Assembly (NCBI GenBank): GCA_032718475.1
Contig: JAUCBJ010007675.1
Location: 1 to 44,076, forward strand
Direction of reading: 5' to 3'
Origin: Nemertoderma westbladi
Taxonomy: Eukaryota > Animalia > Xenacoelomorpha
DNA length: 44,076 bases
A program made the translations under genes and the position numbers. How positions within the stretch are numbered: the stretch's first letter is position 1; each line of letters starts with the position of its first letter. The notes under the pieces were generated by a model. That model was not told the DNA's origin, ran no database searches, and was given only the letters and a program-made list of their open reading frames with translations. This document shows positions 37,283 to 44,076 of this stretch, piece by piece.

Positions 37283-37750
37283 CTAATATAATAAATAAAA
37301 TACTAAATACCACAAAGGACAGTAAGCTAAAACGTGTTTTGTCTGGAAACCCTCATAATTTTTAATATGTTATATTATAATTGAAATAATTGAAACATTG
37401 AAAGCGAAGAAGAGGGCGTAGCGCATAATGGCGATCAAAGAATGGGGTCAGAGTAAAACGCGGATCCGGATCAGGATCCGGATTCTATCATTTAACATTG
37501 TCCCTATGGAAGTCGACTGAATTTACATTTTTAGGGTGTAATCTGCGGATCCGCGCACTGCTAAATTTACCGAATCCGTAACCGAGTGTAAAATGCGGAT
37601 TGGCCTTTTTTTCAGATCCGGAACGGAGTGTAAAGCGCGGATTCATGTTTTAGGCTAAATCCTGAACGGAGTGTAAAACGCGGATTCATATTTCTACTGA
37701 ATCCGGGATTGGGTGTAAAATGCGGATTCAGGTTTATTACAAAGTTTTAT

Positions 37751-40655
37751 TGGATCCGGGAAGGGGTGTAAAACGCGGATTCAAGTTAATTACCATGTTA
37801 TATTGGATCCGGGAAGTGGTGTAAAACGCGGATTCTAGTTAATTACAAAGTTTTGTTGGATCCGGAATGGAGTGTAAAACACGGATTTACGTTAATTACC
37901 AAGTTTTATTGGATCCGGAATGGAGTGTAAAACACGGATTTCGTTAATTACCAAGTTTTGTTGGATCCGGAACGGAGTGTAAAACGCGGATTCTAGTTAA
38001 TTACAATGTTTTGTTGGATCCGGAATGGAGTGTAAAACACGGATTTACGTTAATTACCAAGTTTTATTGGATCCGGAATGGAGTGTAAAACACGGATTTC
38101 GTTAATTACCAAGTTTTGTTGGATCCGGAATGGAGTGTAAAACACGGATTTACGTTAATTACCAAGTTTTATTGGATCCGGAATGGAGTGTAAAACACGG
38201 ATTTACGTTAATTACCAAGTTTTATTGGATCCGGAATGGAGTGTAAAACACGGATTTCGTTAATTACCAAGTTTTGTTGGATCCGGAACGGAGTGTAAAA
38301 CGCGGATTCTAGTTAATTACAATGTTTTGTTGGATCCGGAATGGAGTGTAAAACACGGATTTACGTTAATTACCAAGTTTTATTGGATCCGGAATGGAGT
38401 GTAAAACACGGATTTCGTTAATTACCAAGTATTGTTGGATCCGGAATGGAGTGTAAAACACGGATTTCGTTAATTACCAAGTTTTATTGGATCCGGAATG
38501 GAGTGTAAAACACGGATTTACGTTAATTACCAAGTTTTATTGGATCCGGAACGGAGTGTGAAACACGGATTTACGTTAATTACCAAGTTTTATTGGATCC
38601 GGAATTGAGTGTAAAACACGGATTTACGTTAATTACCAAGTTTTATTGGATCCGGAATGGAGTGTAAAACACGGATTTTCGTTAATTACAAAGTTTTGTT
38701 GGATCCGGAATGGAAGGTAAAACACTGATTTTCGTTAATTACCAAGTTTTGATGGATCCGGAATGGAGTGTAAAACACGGATTTCGTTAATTACCAAGTT
38801 TTATTGGATCCGGAACGGAGTGTAAAACACGGATTTACGTTAATTACAAAGTTTTATTGGATCCGGAATGGAGTGTAAAACACGGATTTTCGTAAATTAC
38901 AAAGTTTTGTTGGATCCGGAATGGAGTGTAAAACACGGATTTACGTTAATTACCAAGTTTTATTGGATCCGGAATGGAGTGTAAAACACGGATTTCGTTA
39001 ATTACCAAGTTTTGTTGGATCCGGAACGGAGTGAAAACGCGGATTCTAGTTAATTACAATGTTTTGTTGGATCCGGAATGGAGTGTAAAACACGGATTTA
39101 CGTTAATTACCAAGTTTTATTGGATCCGGAATGGAGTGTAAAACACGGATTTCGTTAATTACCAAGTTTTGTTGGATCCGGAATGGAGTGTAAAACACGG
39201 ATTTACGTTAATTACCAAGTTTTGTTGGATCCGGAATGGAGTGTAAAACACGGATTTACGTTAATTACCAAGTTTTATTGGATCCGGAACGGAGTGTGAA
39301 ACACGGATTTTCGTTAATTACCAAGTTTTGTTGGATCCGTAACGGAGTGTGAAACACGGATTTTCGTTAATTACCAAATTTTGTTGGATCCGGAACAGAG
39401 TGTAAAACACGGATTTTCGTTAATTACCAAGTTTTGTTGGATCCGGAACGGAGTGTAAAATACGGATTTAAGTTAATTACCAAGTTTTGTTGGATCCGGA
39501 ATGGAGTGTAAAACACGGATTTTCGTTAATTACCAAGTTTTGTTGGATCCGGAATGGAGTGTAAAACACGGATTTACGTTAATTACCAAGTTTTATTGGA
39601 TCCGGAACGGAGTGTGAAACACGGATTTTCGTTAATTACCAAGTTTTGTTGGATCCGGAATGGAGTGTAAAACACGGATTTACGTTAATTACCAAGTTTT
39701 GTTGGATCCGGAATGGAGTGTAAAACACGGATTTACGTTAATTACCAAGTTTTATTGGATCCGGAACGGAGTGTGAAACACGGATTTTCGTTAATTACCA
39801 AGTTTTGTTGGATCCGGAACGGAGTGTGAAACACGGATTTTCGTTAATTACCAAGTTTTGTTGGATCCGGAACGGAGTGTAAAACACGGATTTTCGTTAA
39901 TTACCAAGTTTTATTGGATCCGGAATGGAGTGTAAAACACGGATTTACGTTAATTACCAAGTTTTGTTGGATCCGGAATGGAGTGTAAAACACGGATTTC
40001 GTTAATTACCAAGTTTTATTGGATCCGGAATGGAGTGTAAAACACGGATTTACGTTAATTACCAAGTTTTATTGGATCCGGAATGGAGTGTAAAACACGG
40101 ATTTTCGTTAATTACCAAGTTTTATTGGATCCGGAATGGAGTGTAAAACACGGATTTACGTTAATTACCAAGTTTTGTTGGATCCGGAATGGAGTGTAAA
40201 ACACGGATTTTCGTTAATTACCAAGTTTTGATTGGATCCGGAATGGAGTGTAAAACACGGATTTCGTTAATTACCAAGTTTTATTGGATCCGGAATGGAG
40301 TGTAAAACACGGATTTACGTTAATTACCAAGTTTTATTGGATCCGGAATGGAGTGTAAAACACGGATTTACGTTAATTACCAAGTTTTGTTGGATCCGGA
40401 ATGGAGTGTAAAACACGGATTTTCGTTAATTACCAAGTTTTGTTGGATCCGGAATGGAGTGTAAAACACGGATTTACGTTAATTACCAAGTTTTATTGGA
40501 TCCGGAATGGAGTGTAAAACACGGATTTTCGTTAATTACCAAGTTTTGTTGGATCCGGAATGGAGTGTAAAACACGGATTTACGTTAATTACCAAGTTTT
40601 ATTGGATCCGGGAAGGGGTGTAAAACACGGATTTACGTTAATTAGTAAGTTTTAA
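37751..40655 (+). repeat. 53-bp tandem array, ~55 copies (left arm)
   Basis: Unit GGATCCGGAATGGAGTGTAAAACACGGATTTACGTTAATTACCAAGTTTTATT, with a BamHI site per unit. Confidence 0.97.
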
Positions 40656-41399
40656 TGAACAATTTGTAAAACGCATATGCAATAAAGACCCAGACCCTCA
40701 TCTAGTTACAATTATTAATTAGTACAATGTTTATTGTTCTTTAGTAACTTTTCTTGGCTTGCGGACTTTCCTGGTTTTATTCTTCTCCGGACTCGGGGTG
40801 CACGATGTTTGCGTAGTGAGTTCAAGCGGCTCAACAATGGCTGTATCATTGGTTGGACTCGGAATAACGAATCCCGTAAATGGAACCTTTACAAAGTCAT
40901 CACTGTCATCCATGTTTAATAAGAAATTAAATAAGAAATTATACTGAACAGTTCAGCCTCCATAAATTAGGAAGGAAGCACGCTTGCAAGGCCTTTAATA
41001 GAGTACGCTATGATGCAGTACAAACTACCGCCAGCTAGGCAGAACAGTGATTCTTGTTTGTAAGGGAGGTTGGGATGGATAAGCCAATCAGGGAACAGGA
41101 CAGTAATCCTACCATACAATTGTCTACAGAGCCGCTCTACCAGGGAGGTCACGTTCCCACGGTAGTAGTTTTTCAGCTAATCAATATCTAATAATGTCTG
41201 ACGGCTAGCATCACCATTCGCCCCTTATTAATAATTCATTGGGAAGCATTGACACCTATTAAGGTGTCCCCCAGAGCCGGATTAAGCTTATGTGTGGCCC
41301 CTAGACATAGACAAATTATTAAGGTGTCTATTAACTATTACGGTGTCCCCCATTAATGTTTGTGTCCCTCATTAGTAGTTGTGTCCCTCATTAACAAAC

Positions 41400-42825
41400 T
41401 CAGTAATTAACGTAAATCCGCATTTTACACCCCTTCCCGGATCCAGTAACACTTTGTAATTAACCTGAATCAATCCGCGTTTTACACCCCTTCCCGGATC
41501 CAGTAACACTTGGTAAATAAATTGAATCCGCGTTTTACACCCCTTCCCGGATCCATTAAAACTTGGTAATTAACGTAAATCCGTATTTTACACTCCTTCC
41601 GGATCCAATAAAACTTGGTAATTAACGTAAATCCGTGTTTTACACTCCATTCCGGATCCAACAAAACTTGGTAATTAACGAAAATCCGTGTTTTACACTC
41701 CATTCCGGATCCAATAAAACTTGGTAATTAACGAAAATCCGTGTTTTACACTCCGTTCCGGATCCAACAAAACTTGGTAATTAACGTAAATCCGTATTTT
41801 ACACTCCTTTCCGGATCCAATAAAACTTGGTAATTAACGTAAATCCGTGTTTCACACTCCATTCCGGATCCAACAAAACTTGGTAATTAACGTAAATCCG
41901 TGTTTTACACTCCGTTCCGGATCCAATAAAACTTGGTAATTAACGTAAATCCGTGTTTTACACTCCATTCCGGATCCAACAAAACTTGGTAATTAACGAA
42001 AATCCGTGTTTTACACTCCATTCCGGATCCAACAAAACTTGGTAATTAACGTAAATCCGTGTTTTACACTCCGTTCCGGATCCAACAAAACTTGGTAATT
42101 AACGAAAATCCGTGTTTTACACTCCGTTCCGGATCCAACAAAACTTGGTAATTAACGAAAATCCGTGTTTTACACTCCGTTCCGGATCCAACAAAACTTG
42201 GTAATTAACGAAAATCCGTGTTTTACACTCCGTTCCGGATCCAATAAAACTTGGTAATTAACGTAAATCCGTGTTTTACACTCCATTCCGGATCCAACAA
42301 AACTTGGTAATTAACGTAAATCCGTGTTTTACACTCCATTCCGGATCCAACAAAACTTGGTAATTAACGAAAATCCGTGTTTTACACTCCATTCCGGATC
42401 CAATAAAACTTGGTAATTAACGTAAATCCGTGTTTTACACTCCATTCCGGATCCAATAAAACTTGGTAATTAACGTAAATCCGTGTTTTACACTCCGTTC
42501 CGGATCCAATAAAACTTGGTAATTAACGTAAATCCGTGTTTTACACTCCATTCCGGATCCAATAAAACTTGGTAATTAACGTAAATCCGTGTTTTACACT
42601 CCGTTCCGGATCCAACAAAACTTGGTAATTAACGAAAATCCGTGTTTCACACTCCGTTCCGGATCCAACAAAACTTGGTAATTAACGTAAATCCGTGTTT
42701 TACACTCCATTCCGGATCCAATAAAACTTGGTAATTAACGTAAATCCGTGTTTTACACTCCATTCCGGATCCAATAAAACTTGGTAATTAACGTAAATCC
42801 GTGTTTTACACTCCATTCCGGATTC
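41400..42825 (-). repeat. 53-bp tandem array, ~27 copies, inverted (right arm)
   Basis: Reverse complement of the left-arm unit. Confidence 0.97.
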
Positions 42826-43011
42826 ACAAAATATATGAATCCGCGTTTTACACTGCAATACGGATTGCGTATTTCAGAATCCGCATATTACACTCAGTTA
42901 CGGATTGTATGTAAATCCGGATCCGCCTTTTACACTCGCAAATCCGGGTCCTGATCCGTATCCGGATCCTGAATCCGGATCCGGATCCGGATCCGCGTTT
43001 TACACCTACCC

Positions 43012-43522
43012 CAAAGAATGCCGGAGTCCACGGAACGTGGCAAAGAAGTAGAAACCCAGCTAAGGAGAATAGTAAAGGTCACACCGGAGGGGTTGCGACT
43101 AGAACAGATGTTCAACTTTCTCAACAACAGCGTAAACTATTCGCAGTGCTTTAAGATCACAAAGTTTAAATTCCAGGGATTAATGGAGGCCGAGGTGGGC
43201 CTCTCGGTGCTAATGATGCCAGCGTTGCTGGACATGTGCGTCGGACACCTAATGGCGTCGGCCACACTGCTCGATGTGGTTTCCGAAGTCCCAATGAAAC
43301 AGAAACTCGATATAAGCCGCAACACGGTCGAGATGCTCTTCTACCCCGGTTCAAGTCGCCGCAGCTGTATCTGCGATATCATGCCTGTTGGGTCCTCGAA
43401 AAACTTTTAATTTTGAAGAATTCGAATTCGTGGACAATCTGACTTTCGGTCTGCAACTTCAACGAAAGAAGGACTTCCCAGTGTGGGTGGGCGCCCAACA
43501 GTGGGTGATCGCACATTTCTAG
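43012..43522 (+). pseudogene. Degenerate intronless importin-7/8-like fragment with two frameshifts, antisense within an RGS12-like intron
   Basis: Three successive frames give ...ALLDMCVGHL...EMLFYP / RFKSPQLYLRYHACWVLEK / FNFEEFEFVDNLTFGLQL..KKDFPVWVGA. This parallels the recalled IPO7 HEAT segment GALHMIGSL...[28 protein letters not shown]...NLQTALEL...EMPVKVEA. Confidence 0.5.
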
Positions 43523-43582
43523 GTATTTATGGAAACTTACTTGTGTAGATTTGTAGGTATTTATGACTTTATGGAAACTTAC

Positions 43583-43797
43583 TTGTGTACAGTTCTATAG
43601 TGTCAACCATAACAAGCTGTTGATCCAGTATAGCCACTGCTAGGTTAACGTCCAGTGGGTGGGCAGATTCAGAGAGATGAACAACCATATTGTCCAGATT
43701 CAACCCGTATTTAAACAATACCGGACGTAGAACTTCAACAATCGGTTTATTTGGTTTCGACTTAACTCCGACGGTTTTGGTACTGGGAAGTTCGATT
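43583..43797 (-). CDS. RGS12: RGS12/RGS14/loco-like exon, Ras-binding domain 2
   Basis: TTCCAG acceptor after a 107-bp intron; the phase-2 join gives VLF-K-IELPSTKTVGVKSKPNKPIVEVLRPVLFKYGLNLDNMVVHLSESAHPLDVNLAVAILDQQ, matching RGS12 RBD2 (VGLKAKPTKPVTEVLRPV..YGL). GTAAGT donor, phase 1. Confidence 0.88.
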
Positions 43798-43904
43798 CTG
43801 GAATAAGTAAAATAACAAATATTATGCGTCAAGAATAAACAACCCCACCTACTCACCCAGGGGGGTTCTTAGATAACATGAGTAAATCAGATAGATCTAC
43901 TCAC

Positions 43905-44076
43905 TTAAATAAGACGCGTCTTTCTAGCCGAACCTCCTGACCGGCCAAAACGACTGAATCCTCTAATCCGTTCAGCAGCCGACCGGTCGAGGCCGCGTAC
44001 AGATCGACTGCGGCGAGCGGCAGCGCGTGGGCCTCACAGAGATCCCGGAGGACGCCGTGGATGGTGTGCCCGAGGC
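43905..44076 (-). CDS. RGS12: RGS12/RGS14/loco-like exon, Ras-binding domain 1 (runs off window end)
   Basis: Manual translation LGHTIHGVLRDLCEAHALPLAAVDLYAASTGRLLNGLEDSVVLAGQEVRLERRVLF resembles RGS12 RBD1. Ends at GTGAGT donor (43904-43899), phase 2. Confidence 0.85.

Larger units (their letters stand above)
37445..43011. mobile_element. Foldback/MULE-like non-autonomous DNA transposon (5567 bp) with modular inverted arms
   Basis: Termini GGGTCAGAGTAAAACGCGGATCCGG / CCGGATCCGCGTTTTACACCTACCC. Identical 9-bp flanks CAAAGAATG at 37436-37444 and 43012-43020. Arms are 53-bp tandem arrays in opposite orientation around a ~740-bp loop. Confidence 0.9.

Noticed and set aside
43018-43410. 130-aa ORF as an intact gene
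   Set aside because: Its ATG lies within the TSD, and the similarity continues across frameshifts, so it is treated as a pseudogene fragment.

Overview
AT-rich, intron-containing eukaryotic genomic DNA, most likely from a marine invertebrate animal (inferred from gene content and repeat types). About 55% of the window is three tandem arrays: a 28-bp minisatellite (8.3-17.2 kb), a 38-bp satellite (24.1-35.7 kb) and 53-bp arrays in inverted orientation (37.7-42.8 kb). Two genes are recognisable. One is an intronless UBE2U-like ubiquitin-conjugating enzyme (+, 6545-7420). The other is the 3' part of a spliced RGS12/RGS14/loco-like gene on the minus strand, with tandem Ras-binding-domain exons at 43.6-44.1 kb and a probable last exon at 21.4-21.7 kb. 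Highlights: (1) a complete 5.57-kb Foldback/MULE-like element whose arms are the inverted 53-bp arrays, bounded by a perfect 9-bp target-site duplication and inserted into a frameshifted importin-7/8-like pseudogene fragment; (2) a ~320-copy minisatellite whose consensus monomer is a C(UUCG)G hairpin with variable linkers; (3) a 5'-truncated LINE with poly(A) and TSD at the edge of the 38-bp satellite, absent from the ORF track; (4) nested TIR/Helentron-like elements carrying CTCF-like motifs; (5) long palindromes, one with a GCGAAGC apex. All family assignments come from recalled motifs, not database searches.
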